In this document: in pieces, positions 27,945-37,298 of the stretch
Position numbering within the stretch: the stretch's first letter is position 1
Layout: each line of letters begins with the position of its first letter
Source: Candidatus Aenigmatarchaeota archaeon
GTDB taxonomy: Archaea > Aenigmatarchaeota > Aenigmatarchaeia > CG10238-14 > SCSR01
Assembly (NCBI GenBank): GCA_038998335.1
Contig: JAVZHQ010000001.1
Location: 160,001-224,000 of the forward strand
Reading direction: 5' to 3'
DNA length: 64,000 nt
Translations under genes and position numbers: made by a program
The notes under the pieces: model-generated
Database searches by the model: none
Seen by the model: only the letters and a program-made list of their open reading frames with translations
Told to the model about the DNA's origin: nothing

Positions 27945-29339
27945 ATGAAAAAAAACATTTTGGTTTTTTTGGCTCTATTTCTTATAGTACCGCCTTTGGT
28001 TTACGCTCAACTTTTCCATTCCGGCCAAACACCTATAAACGTTAAAGTTTTTGAACCAAATGTTTGTGGTAATGGAGTTTGCGAAGCTGGAGAAGATTGT
28101 AGAAATTGTCCGCAAGATTGTGGTATTTGTCCAGCTCCACCAGGAGGCGGAGGACCAGGAATTTTTATTCCTCCAAACATTTCAGTTTCGCCTTACAATT
28201 TTTCCCTAGTCCTTAAAAACCTCTCTTCTTTCATTCCAGTTTATGTTGAGATTCCGCCTGATAAAAATCTAAGCATAATTGCTCTAATAGTTGAAACGAA
28301 AAGCAACTTGAATGAGCTCAACCTTACCGTAGAAAGACTTTTTGAAAAACCAGCTTATGTTAATTCTTCTTCTGAAAACGATTATACTTACATTCAAATT
28401 ATTTCAAGTTCTCAAGATATTTTCAGGCTAAAGTTTAAGTTTAAGGTTGAAAAGAGTTGGTTCAGAGAAAAAGGAATAACTAACGCTTCTATCATTTCTA
28501 TGTTTAAATTTAAGGAAAGAAGTTGGGAAAGACTTTTTACGATGCTAATTCACGAAGATTCTAACTACTACTATTACTATTCAGAGTGTTGGGGTTTAAG
28601 TTTATTTTCAATAGGAACTTACAAAGAAGAGGAAGTAGCTATACCAATTCCTTCTTGTCCTCTTTGCCCTTCAGATACTGACTGGACTGCTTGCGTGAAT
28701 AACGAGCAAAGTAGAATAAGGTACGTTTGCGGGAATGAAACTGGTTATGTTTGCTTGCCAATAGTTGAAAAGAGAAGTTGCGAAATAGAAAGAGCTTTGG
28801 ATTTCACTTTCCTTTACTTAGGAGTAATAATTGCTCTAGCAATTGCTTTAGTGGGAATTTTTGTTAAGCAAAAAGTTGTTTTCAAACCAATAAAACTTCC
28901 AAAGCCAAAACCACCAAAGCCAAAGGAAGAAGAAGAGAAACCAAGAATCGTTAGACCAGAAGAAGCTTTAAAGGAAAAAGTTGTGTTAGAAGAAAAACCA
29001 ACCAAGCCTGAAGTTAAACCCGAAAAGGTTAAGTTGGAGGTTCCAAAAGTAGAAGTTAAGCCTGAAGTACCTAAGTTAGCTGTTCCAAAGAAAATAAAAG
29101 TAAGGAAAATCGAAGATATAGTTAAGAAGTTTAACGTTGGAGATTTGATAAGAGTTAAGGCTGATGTTGCACTTCATGCTATTGGAATTCCTCATGTTTA
29201 CAAGTTAGAAGACGAAAGTGCGATAATTTACGGAACTTATGATAGGCTTATTGATAGAGGAACTTATTGGGTTGAAGCTATAATTAAAGAAGAGGACGGA
29301 AGGAAGTATCTTGAGATTAAGGAGGTGAAGAATGTTTGA
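27945..29339 (+). CDS. Membrane-anchored surface protein with PGF-pre-PGF-like domain and cytoplasmic tail
   Basis: CGNGVCEAGEDCRNCPQDC; FKVEKSW...W..L...YYYS...GLSLFSIG; TM; K/E/P-rich linker. Confidence 0.75.
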   Translation: MKKNILVFLALFLIVPPLVYAQLFHSGQTPINVKVFEPNVCGNGVCEAGEDCRNCPQDCGICPAPPGGGGPGIFIPPNISVSPYNFSLVLKNLSSFIPVYVEIPPDKNLSIIALIVETKSNLNELNLTVERLFEKPAYVNSSSENDYTYIQIISSSQDIFRLKFKFKVEKSWFREKGITNASIISMFKFKERSWERLFTMLIHEDSNYYYYYSECWGLSLFSIGTYKEEEVAIPIPSCPLCPSDTDWTACVNNEQSRIRYVCGNETGYVCLPIVEKRSCEIERALDFTFLYLGVIIALAIALVGIFVKQKVVFKPIKLPKPKPPKPKEEEEKPRIVRPEEALKEKVVLEEKPTKPEVKPEKVKLEVPKVEVKPEVPKLAVPKKIKVRKIEDIVKKFNVGDLIRVKADVALHAIGIPHVYKLEDESAIIYGTYDRLIDRGTYWVEAIIKEEDGRKYLEIKEVKNV

Positions 29340-29769
29340 AATTCCAGCTCCTTCCTTAAAAAAGGAAGAAAAAGAAGAAAAGCCAGAAGTTAAAGAAGAA
29401 AAGAAAGTAGAAGTTAAAAAACCAGAGAAGAAAAAAGAAAAGAAGAAAAAAGTGGCTAAACCAAAAGTAGAAAAAATAAAAGGTATGGAAGTTTTTGTTA
29501 AGGAAATAAAAAAGCAAATAAAGGTTTTGAAAGAAACAGGAAAAAAACTAGAGAAAGAACTTTCTTCTGACATACTTAAAAACTTGAATCAAACACTAGA
29601 AGAGCTAAAAAAATTAAAGGACGAAAAAGCAAGGGTAGAGCAATCGATTAAAATGCTAGAAGAGAAAAAGGCAACCTTACTTCAGAGAAAATCAGAAATT
29701 CAAAAACAAATGAATGTTATAAAGAAAAAGATAGAAAGTTTAGAAGAATCTTTCAAAAGTATTGGTTAG
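29332..29769 (+). CDS. Highly charged coiled-coil protein
   Basis: K/E-rich; GGAGGTGA SD; overlaps the upstream stop. Confidence 0.7.
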   Translation: MFEIPAPSLKKEEKEEKPEVKEEKKVEVKKPEKKKEKKKKVAKPKVEKIKGMEVFVKEIKKQIKVLKETGKKLEKELSSDILKNLNQTLEELKKLKDEKARVEQSIKMLEEKKATLLQRKSEIQKQMNVIKKKIESLEESFKSIG

Positions 29770-30230
29770 TAGATTATTCCATTGTAATTAAGAAAATCGA
29801 TCGTAGAAAAAATTAAACTCTCTAAGATTTTGGTAAGGGAAAAATCTTGGGAAGGAAGCTCGGTATCTAGCGAATATTTTTTCAAGAGGTCTTTCAGTGC
29901 TTTACCATCAATAAGTTTTATTCCATAGCTTTTTGCTAAAATCTTTGTTTGTTTAGAGTAGAAAGAGTTTGTTACCATATGGCCTTCTTTAATTTTTGTG
30001 TCTTGTAAAACTAGGTAAAAGTTTGCCAGATCTTTTTTACCAACTTCTAAATTTTCTCTCCATTTGCATTCTATTGCTATCTTTTTACTCAAAAAATTTT
30101 TGTAAGCGTATAAGTCAACCTCATGATAAGCTCCACTCATTCCTCTTAAAACTTTTCTTCTTTCGACTTTATATCCCATTTTCTTGTAAAGTTTTTCGAC
30201 TAAAATTTCAAACTTCTCGCCTTTTTCCAT
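29766..30230 (-). CDS. Mrr-like restriction endonuclease domain protein
   Basis: FE..V..LY...GY, HEVD, IECK, VTNS, IKLIDG. Confidence 0.88.
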   Translation of the reverse strand: MEKGEKFEILVEKLYKKMGYKVERRKVLRGMSGAYHEVDLYAYKNFLSKKIAIECKWRENLEVGKKDLANFYLVLQDTKIKEGHMVTNSFYSKQTKILAKSYGIKLIDGKALKDLLKKYSLDTELPSQDFSLTKILESLIFSTIDFLNYNGIIY

Positions 30231-30609
30231 ACTTTCTACCCAACTCTTCCTTTATAGTTTGAGTAACATCTAAAGCAATTTCTCTGTTATACTTCTCGAG
30301 AAAATTTTCAAGTTTATCTCTTGTTTCAAAACCAAGGAGAAATGTCAAGAGCGGAATGCCAAACTCTAAAATGCTTAAGTTTTTATCATTTTCTAAGCGT
30401 TTAATATTTTTTTCTATCCATTCTAAAAAGTTTTCTTTGTAGAAGTTTCTAATCTCGTTATCGCTTACTATTTTGTTCCTAAGCGATTTAAGTTTGTTAA
30501 CTATTTCTTCTCTTTTTTCTGGGTTTTCTTGATAGTATCTAATTAGGTTATCGTTTAATCTTAACTTAATTAATTCTTCTTCATAACTTAGCTCTTTAAA
30601 GAAACTCAA
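30208..30609 (-). CDS. Hypothetical protein
   Basis: Part of an overlapping five-gene run. Confidence 0.6.
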   Translation of the reverse strand: MSFFKELSYEEELIKLRLNDNLIRYYQENPEKREEIVNKLKSLRNKIVSDNEIRNFYKENFLEWIEKNIKRLENDKNLSILEFGIPLLTFLLGFETRDKLENFLEKYNREIALDVTQTIKEELGRKYGKRREV

Positions 30610-30619
30610 CTTTATCCCT

Positions 30620-30976
30620 TCATGTAGTCAAAAAATTTCTAACAACAAAATCTTTAACAACTTCTTCTACAGTTTTTTCCTTGCTGTACTTAGCTTCCAG
30701 ATAACCTTCAAGAAATTGCGAAAAGAATTTTATGGCAACAGGCCATTCTACGTTTTTCATAGCTTTAAGATAATTATTGACTTCGCTATTCGGGAAGAAA
30801 AAATCAATAAAGCTATCTAAAGAAAAGTCAAAATTTTTCTTGAAATTTTCTGCCAGGTTATAGTTTACTTTGCCTTCTTCAAATTCTTTTATTGCTTTTG
30901 GTAAAATTTCCTTTATCCTAGAAAAAACATAAAGAGTTCTTTCTAGATCTTTCAAGTTTTCGTTCAATTTTATCAC
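30620..30976 (-). CDS. Hypothetical protein
   Basis: Part of an overlapping five-gene run. Confidence 0.6.
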   Translation of the reverse strand: MIKLNENLKDLERTLYVFSRIKEILPKAIKEFEEGKVNYNLAENFKKNFDFSLDSFIDFFFPNSEVNNYLKAMKNVEWPVAIKFFSQFLEGYLEAKYSKEKTVEEVVKDFVVRNFLTT

Positions 30977-31278
30977 TCTTCCTTATATTTTTCAAGTTTC
31001 GAAATTCTTGAGCTAAGCTCTTGGTATTGGCTTAAAATCAAGTTTTCAAGTTTGTTTTCCAATTTTTGGATTTCTTTCGTGATTAAAGAATAGGTTGGTT
31101 CAGGGTTACCACTTAAACCTTCTCTTATAGCCTGTTTTATATTTTCTCTCATCACTTCTCTGTTTTTTTGTAAGTAATCTGTAATTTTTCCCTCTAGCCA
31201 CTTCCCTCCAAAGTAGCCTATAGGCAAAGCAATAACAAAAGCTCCTTCAGGAGTTTTTAACCAATCAACTATTCCCAT
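30973..31278 (-). CDS. Hypothetical protein, N-terminal hydrophobic helix plus coiled coil
   Basis: GGAGGTGA SD; GAFVIALPIGYFGG. Confidence 0.7.
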   Translation of the reverse strand: MGIVDWLKTPEGAFVIALPIGYFGGKWLEGKITDYLQKNREVMRENIKQAIREGLSGNPEPTYSLITKEIQKLENKLENLILSQYQELSSRISKLEKYKEE

Positions 31279-31579
31279 ATTTCACCTCCTTTTTCTTCCA
31301 AATTTTTTTGCCAAGATAATCCAAACCATGTCTTGTGAGAATGGTTCCGCTTATTCCCCCAATCAAGCCAAGTTGGGCAGCGTAGCTGTAAGCAGTTTGA
31401 AGAGAATTATAAAGGAGTTGCTGATAGTTTCCGTTAGCCAAACTTGGTAAAAGGTTTGGTATACTTTCTTTCAAAAAACCCAAACAAAAACCTGCCCAGT
31501 AAAGTACTCCAGAGCCAAGAAGTCCGCCCAATAAAGGTAAAGGTTTAAAGTAACCTTTCAGAAATTTGACAACTTTCAT
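31265..31579 (-). CDS. Hypothetical Gly-rich two-helix membrane protein
   Basis: LLGGLLGSGVL and LGLIGGISGTIL glycine-zipper-like helices. Confidence 0.65.
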   Translation of the reverse strand: MKVVKFLKGYFKPLPLLGGLLGSGVLYWAGFCLGFLKESIPNLLPSLANGNYQQLLYNSLQTAYSYAAQLGLIGGISGTILTRHGLDYLGKKIWKKKEVKYGNS

Positions 31580-31656
31580 TTTCTCACAAGCAACTCTTGA
31601 AAGAAGAAATATGATATAATTATGGTACTATGATTTGGCAAAAAATCATAAAATTT

Positions 31657-31698
31657 ACCACTTATGTAGTTTTTTCTTAAATTCACCACTCAAGTGGT
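31657..31698. promoter_or_regulatory. Putative tandem operator in the divergent promoter region
   Basis: ACCACT-CA-AGTGGT (31685-31698) and degenerate ACCACT-TA-TGTAGT (31657-31670). Confidence 0.5.
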
Positions 31699-31741
31699 AA
31701 AATTCAAAAGATTTTTATACTCTCGAACTTTACTTTAATTT

Positions 31742-32530
31742 GTGGAGATAAGTAGCGAAGAACTTGTGAATTTACTTAAAAACTTTGGTATGAACGATTA
31801 TGAAGCCAAAGTTTATTCCGCTTTAGTTTTTCTTGGTCCTTCTAAAGCAAGTGAAATAAGTAGAGAGTCAAAAGTTCCTCAATCAAAAATTTATGAAGTT
31901 CTTGACAGGCTAGCTGAAAGGCAATTGGTAGAAGTTTACAGTATAAGGCCGAAAGAATTTAAAGCAGTAAGTCCAGAAGTTTCGCTTAGAAATTTAATAG
32001 AAGAGAACGAAAGAAAAATAAAGGAAGCTAAAGAAAAAGTAGAAAAAATTTCTTTTATCCTTAAGCCAAGAATTGAGAGTCAAGTTTTGAATGGAATCTG
32101 GACTTCTCAAGGAAAAGGATGGAAAGATTTTATAGATAGGCTTTGTGATATGTTTGATAGAGCAAAAAGTTATGCTTATGTAGTAAGCAGAGATTTTTCT
32201 TGGACTTCTAACCTTGCTGAGGCTGTTGATTCTTGTATAAGAAGAGGAGTAAAAATTAGAACTATTGCGATAGGAGGAATAAACGAGTCAAACTATAGAA
32301 GAGCAAAATGGTTTAACGATCATGGAGTAGAGATAAGAGTTTTTAAGACAAGTTTGCACCCAAGAATGATTGATATAGATGGCAGGGAAATTTTGCTAAG
32401 ACTTGATACCGAAATGAAAAAAGAAAGTTTTAGGTTTACTTCGGTATGGTCTAGTGATGCTTCCTTGGTTAAAGTTTTTGATGTTTACCTCAAAAGTTTG
32501 TGGAAAAATGCAGAACCTTTCAAGTTTTAA
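31742..32530 (+). CDS. TrmB-family transcriptional regulator
   Basis: FGMNDYEAKVY...VPQSKIYEVL wHTH; C-terminal PLD-like HPRMIDID. Confidence 0.92.
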   Translation: MEISSEELVNLLKNFGMNDYEAKVYSALVFLGPSKASEISRESKVPQSKIYEVLDRLAERQLVEVYSIRPKEFKAVSPEVSLRNLIEENERKIKEAKEKVEKISFILKPRIESQVLNGIWTSQGKGWKDFIDRLCDMFDRAKSYAYVVSRDFSWTSNLAEAVDSCIRRGVKIRTIAIGGINESNYRRAKWFNDHGVEIRVFKTSLHPRMIDIDGREILLRLDTEMKKESFRFTSVWSSDASLVKVFDVYLKSLWKNAEPFKF

Positions 32531-33782
32531 TGAAAGGGAAAATTATAAAAAAATCTTAAGCGAGCTTTATCTTGAGAAAAACTTATTTTTTGACCCAAGT
32601 TTAAGTTCTGTATTTTTTATTGAAAAGAGTTGGGGTGGAACTTTTTCAAACTCTTTAAAAGCGATAATGTTTGATGTCGATGATACGCTTAACCCAGAAG
32701 GTTCAAAAAATCTTTCAACGTTATGGTTGGAAGGCTTGCCCCTTCAAAGCAAAGAAATAAACGAATTAAAAGAGCTCATGGGTCAGATTGGTAAAGTTTC
32801 TTCTTTTTTAAACGTAAGTGAATTAGACATTAAAAAGCTAGTCAACAAATTCGGCAAAAGGTTAGCTGAGCTTAACTTAAAAAAAGAGGATTTAAACGAG
32901 GCTGCAAAAAATGCTGCAAAAGAATTTGAAACAGTTCCTTATTCTTTTGAAGGTTTGAATGAAATCAAAGGCTTAGGTTATTCTGTAGGACTTAACTCTG
33001 GAGCTTACTTAGAAGCTGTGAGATACTTAGCTGAGAGGTTGGGAATTTTAAAAGAAAATTGTTTCGGTTCTGTTTACAATTTTGACAAGAACAACAGGTT
33101 TACAGGAATAATTTTACCAAGACTTAACTTTAAGAAAGCCGAAGCTTTTGAAAAATTTTTAAATTTTTATAGGTGCAAAAGTAAGTTTTCAATTTTTATG
33201 ACAGATAATCCAAGAAGCGATTCAGCTCCTTCCTCAAAAGCTGGTCTTAGAATTTTTGTTTCTGATAAACCTGAAGTTTTCGATGAATTTTTTGTTTGTT
33301 TGCCTGAGGTTAGAAGAAAGGGAGAAAGTTATCATGGGTATGAAGGTATGAAGATAGTTGCGTACTTCCTTAAAAGATGGGATTTATTGAATATAACTTA
33401 TTTCTTAAGGACACCAGAAAATGAGAGAGAAATTATTAAACTTTGCTTAAGTTTAAGTGAAACAGAAGAAGAAATTCAAAAAGGGAAGAGTTTAGTTGGG
33501 AACAAATTAAAGTTTGTTAATTATGTAGAAAGCTTACTATCATTTCTTTCTCCTATTTATTCAAGAAAGCTTTTTGGTTTAGATGAGTATATTGTTAAGC
33601 TTAAGCTCACAAGCGAAGAAGAAAAAATTAAAAGTTTAACTTCTTCTATCTATTTGAAGCTAAAAGAAAAAGTTCCTGAGTTGGACGAAAAGGAAGTAAG
33701 AAAGAAAAATTTTTTGGGCAAAATTGAAGAACTAACAAAAAGTAAAATAGAAGGTGAGTTTTACGGAAACCACAGTAAATAA
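32508..33782 (+). CDS. HAD-superfamily hydrolase (PSP-like) with C-terminal extension
   Basis: FDVDDT, NSG, K, TDNPRSD motifs; start uncertain. Confidence 0.75.
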   Translation: MQNLSSFNERENYKKILSELYLEKNLFFDPSLSSVFFIEKSWGGTFSNSLKAIMFDVDDTLNPEGSKNLSTLWLEGLPLQSKEINELKELMGQIGKVSSFLNVSELDIKKLVNKFGKRLAELNLKKEDLNEAAKNAAKEFETVPYSFEGLNEIKGLGYSVGLNSGAYLEAVRYLAERLGILKENCFGSVYNFDKNNRFTGIILPRLNFKKAEAFEKFLNFYRCKSKFSIFMTDNPRSDSAPSSKAGLRIFVSDKPEVFDEFFVCLPEVRRKGESYHGYEGMKIVAYFLKRWDLLNITYFLRTPENEREIIKLCLSLSETEEEIQKGKSLVGNKLKFVNYVESLLSFLSPIYSRKLFGLDEYIVKLKLTSEEEKIKSLTSSIYLKLKEKVPELDEKEVRKKNFLGKIEELTKSKIEGEFYGNHSK

Positions 33783-34752
33783 AGTGAAGAATGATGTTTT
33801 CTCCTTTACCTCAGATATCCTCTCTCTTGAAAATAACTCAAAAGTAATTCTTGCTGATTTAAGTAATAGCGAGTTTGAAAATACTTTTGGCTACTTTGAC
33901 GAGAAAGAGTTTAAAATTTTTGTAAATTCTTACGGTTTGGACGAGAGGAAATTAAAGCAGTATAGTGCATGCGTAATTTCTTTTTTTCAGCCTTATGCGT
34001 TCTACCTTGAGAATGTTGAAAACTTTTTAAGAGAAGATGAAAATTTAAAAGAAACGAGAGAAGTTTTTACTGGGATAGGAAAGTGGGTTGAAAGGGCAAC
34101 TTTAAATTACTTGGAAAATTTAGGCTATGCTTTTGATCATGAGATTAAATCAAGCTTCGAAGATTACAGAAACCTAGAAGGGTTTAAGGTTTGTCAAGAG
34201 CTTTGGGAAAATGTAAAGAAACTAACCATACAAACTTTTGGCATAAGTGGTAAACCTCTTGAGCTTGAAAAAATTCATCAAAAAATTATAAGAGTTCTTA
34301 TAAAGAATATAAGCAGAGAAAGTAACCCGAGCTTATTTTTAAGGAAGTTAAGTCAGAAATTTTTAGGTTATGACGAGATTCTTTCCCTTTACTTAGAGTC
34401 AGGAGAGTATGCTTTGGTAAAGCCAAAAGATGTAAGCGAAATTGAAGAATATTACGAGAAATTAAAGTCAGCCTTAGCTTTTGACAGTAATTTTAGGGAG
34501 TACAAGTTAAGTTGGGAACCTCTAAACAAGCTTCTAAAAAATTTTGGGCTAAGGGATTTGTATGAAAAATCCTTAAAAATTTTTGAAAACTTTTCAGAAG
34601 CTCTTGGTGTAAATGAAAAGTTGAGTGAACTGGAAAAAGAGGAAGAAAAAAGTTTGGAAAATCACTTACGCGATTTGCTTACAGATATAGAATGTAGCTT
34701 AGGCTTTTTGAGAAAAGAAAAGCCAACTTTAATAGCTCTTCAAGATAAATAA
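33754..34752 (+). CDS. Hypothetical protein
   Basis: 332-aa ORF overlapping the upstream gene. Confidence 0.65.
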   Translation: MSFTETTVNKVKNDVFSFTSDILSLENNSKVILADLSNSEFENTFGYFDEKEFKIFVNSYGLDERKLKQYSACVISFFQPYAFYLENVENFLREDENLKETREVFTGIGKWVERATLNYLENLGYAFDHEIKSSFEDYRNLEGFKVCQELWENVKKLTIQTFGISGKPLELEKIHQKIIRVLIKNISRESNPSLFLRKLSQKFLGYDEILSLYLESGEYALVKPKDVSEIEEYYEKLKSALAFDSNFREYKLSWEPLNKLLKNFGLRDLYEKSLKIFENFSEALGVNEKLSELEKEEEKSLENHLRDLLTDIECSLGFLRKEKPTLIALQDK

Positions 34753-34757
34753 ATTTT

Positions 34758-35177
34758 ATGAAAGTCTTAGCTATAATACTTTTATTTTTTGTTTCGCTCT
34801 TTTTGCTAGCGTATTTTTTAAAGCCAGAAGAAAATTTAACCGAAAAATTTGAAAACAAGTTAGAAATTTTTACTGATAAAGAAGCTTATACCCAAGGCGA
34901 AGAAATTAAAGTAAATGTTTCATTCTTTTCTTCCAAGGATTTGAAAGATGTGGAAATAAAAGTTTTTGGGATTAAAGGAAGGTATGGAGATTATATTTCT
35001 TCAAGCAAGGTTGTTAATTTGAGAAAAGGAGAAAATTTGTTCGATTTTTATTTTAGAGCACCTTATTGTAGCGCTTGTACAGGAATTGCTCCTGGAGAGC
35101 ATGAAATAAACGTACAGCTTGTTTACAACAACACACTTTTGGCTTCTGTTTCGAAGAAAATAAGAATAGAAAGTTAA
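34758..35177 (+). CDS. Membrane-anchored Ig-like protein
   Basis: N-terminal TM, TDKEAY..GE, CSAC, PGEHEI. Confidence 0.65.
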   Translation: MKVLAIILLFFVSLFLLAYFLKPEENLTEKFENKLEIFTDKEAYTQGEEIKVNVSFFSSKDLKDVEIKVFGIKGRYGDYISSSKVVNLRKGENLFDFYFRAPYCSACTGIAPGEHEINVQLVYNNTLLASVSKKIRIES

Positions 35178-35187
35178 ACAAATAAAG

Positions 35188-35931
35188 TTATTTTTGTTTG
35201 CTAAACGCAACTCCACCTAGTAAAATCATGGTAAAAGAAAAAGTACAAATAACAACTAAGCTTGTATAAAATGGAATAGAAGATAAACCGATTAAAATAA
35301 ACCTTACAGCCTCTACTCCATAAGTTAAAGGGTTTAAATAAGAGATAATTTTAAGCCACTCAGGAGCTTCTTGTATAGGGAAAAAAGCACCACTTAAGAA
35401 AATTAACGGAAATATTATGAAATTCATTATCAACCCAAAACTTTCCATCGTTTCTATCAAAGAAGCTATTATTAAACCAACACTTACTAAGCCTAAGGAA
35501 ATTACAGCCATTAGAGCTATGGTAATTAAGAATGAGTAGAAAGTAACATGAATTCCTAAGATAAATGATAGGCTTAGGATGATAACGCCTTGAATTAAAG
35601 CTACTGTACAACTTCCCAAAGCTTTTCCAGCAAATATGGAAGTTCTTGAAATAGGAGAAACGAGAATTTCCTTTAGAAAGCCAAATTCTCTATCCCATAT
35701 AACAGAAATTCCTGAAGCTATCGAAACTCCAACTAAGGAAATTACAACTATACCAGGAAACAAAAAAGTTTGATAGTTTAACTCGCTTATCCTAACAAAA
35801 GAAAAGCCACCACCCAAAACAACCAAGAAAAGCAAAGGTTGAACTATAGAACTAACAATTCTTGCTCTATCTCTCAAGTACCTTTTAATTTCTCTTAGCC
35901 ATATTGTGTAAATTCCTTCAAGCTCGCTCAT
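35188..35931 (-). CDS. ABC-2 type permease (DrrB-like)
   Basis: DREFGFLKEILVSP, LSGAFFP, NPLTYGVE. Confidence 0.93.
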   Translation of the reverse strand: MSELEGIYTIWLREIKRYLRDRARIVSSIVQPLLFLVVLGGGFSFVRISELNYQTFLFPGIVVISLVGVSIASGISVIWDREFGFLKEILVSPISRTSIFAGKALGSCTVALIQGVIILSLSFILGIHVTFYSFLITIALMAVISLGLVSVGLIIASLIETMESFGLIMNFIIFPLIFLSGAFFPIQEAPEWLKIISYLNPLTYGVEAVRFILIGLSSIPFYTSLVVICTFSFTMILLGGVAFSKQK

Positions 35932-36908
35932 ATCATTCTCGCTCTCCTTTTCATCATTTCTTTGCTTTCTTCTGTTTCTTCTCTGATTTCTCTTCCTGTG
36001 TAATGGAGAAAAACGTCTCCAAGGCTAGGTTTCCTTATGCTTATAGACTCGACAAAAAATTTATTCTTCCTAGCAAATTCTAATAACTTTGGTGCAAACT
36101 TTTCAGCATTTTTAACGGTCATACTAATTTTCTTTTCTGTAACTTGAGCTTTCCTTATCGAATCTAACTTTTTAACTTTTTCCAAAAATTTTTCAGCATT
36201 TTTTATTTCTAAGGTTATGACATCTCCTTCCAAACTATTTTTCAAATTTTCAGGAGTATCTAAAACTTTTATTTCTCCGTAATCCATTATAGCTACTCTA
36301 TCACACAAAGCATCAGCTTCTTCCATGTAATGGGTTGTTAATAAAATTGTAATGTTTTCTTTTTCAGCTAGTTTCTTTATGTATTCCCAAATGTGCTCTC
36401 TTGTTTGAGGGTCTAAACCTAAAGTAGGTTCGTCTAAAAAAAGAACTTTTGGGTAATGTATCAAACCCCTTGCTATTTCTAACCTTCTTTTCATTCCTCC
36501 AGAATAATTTCTAACAAGCTCGTTAGCTCTTTCATAAAGTCCAACTAATTTTAAAACTTCTTCTATTCTCTTCTCTCTTTCTTCTTTTGGCACGCTATAC
36601 AAGCGAGCATGCATTTCTAAGTTTTCTTTTGCTGTTAATCTGTTATCTAGGCTAGGGTCTTGAAAAACTATACCTATAGATTTTCTAACATTCCTTTGCT
36701 CTTTAATTATATCAAAACCGTTAACTTTTGCTGTTCCTTTTGTTGGTTTCAATAGAGTACAAAGCATTGAAATAAAAGTTGTTTTTCCTGCTCCGTTCGG
36801 TCCAAGCAGTCCAAAAATTTCCCCTTCTTTAATTTTTAGACTTACGTTATTAACAGCTTTAAGGCCGTTAAATTCTTTTGTCAGATTAAAAGTTTCTACA
36901 ATCCACAT
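35928..36908 (-). CDS. ABC ATPase (DrrA-like)
   Basis: GPNGAGKT, YSGGM, LDEPT, TTHYM. Confidence 0.94.
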   Translation of the reverse strand: MWIVETFNLTKEFNGLKAVNNVSLKIKEGEIFGLLGPNGAGKTTFISMLCTLLKPTKGTAKVNGFDIIKEQRNVRKSIGIVFQDPSLDNRLTAKENLEMHARLYSVPKEEREKRIEEVLKLVGLYERANELVRNYSGGMKRRLEIARGLIHYPKVLFLDEPTLGLDPQTREHIWEYIKKLAEKENITILLTTHYMEEADALCDRVAIMDYGEIKVLDTPENLKNSLEGDVITLEIKNAEKFLEKVKKLDSIRKAQVTEKKISMTVKNAEKFAPKLLEFARKNKFFVESISIRKPSLGDVFLHYTGREIREETEESKEMMKRRARMI

Positions 36909-36945
36909 ATTATCATTTTTTGGTTTTTTGTGTATAAAAAAAGAA

Positions 36946-37245
36946 CTAGGAAATGTTTGGAAAAATAAGTGAGGCTATTTCCTTTGCTACACTATTTGGA
37001 TTGCTATAGACCCTTCTAGCTTTAACTCTTTTAACAAAGTAGCCCATTTGAGTCAAAATTTTATGTTTCTTTTCATATTTTGGGCTATTCCTTTCTGAGT
37101 AATCTATTTCTATAATGAAATGGCCAAAGAGCAAAAAATCTACTGTATAATTTTCAATTTTTGCCTTCACTTTTATATTTTCCTCTCCAATGTATTGAGC
37201 CAGATAGTTGTGAAGCATCTGTCTGGCTAGGAGTATATGTTCCAT
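36946..37245 (-). CDS. DUF559/Vsr-like endonuclease-fold protein
   Basis: YTVDFL...IIEID...L..MGY.V.R. Confidence 0.65.
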   Translation of the reverse strand: MEHILLARQMLHNYLAQYIGEENIKVKAKIENYTVDFLLFGHFIIEIDYSERNSPKYEKKHKILTQMGYFVKRVKARRVYSNPNSVAKEIASLIFPNIS

Positions 37246-37298
37246 AAAACAGAAATTTAACACAAAAATATAAAAATTTTTTTTAATTATTTTCATTT

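Noticed and set aside
28890-29480. Low-complexity A/G-rich repeats
   Set aside because: Explained by K/E/P-rich coding sequence
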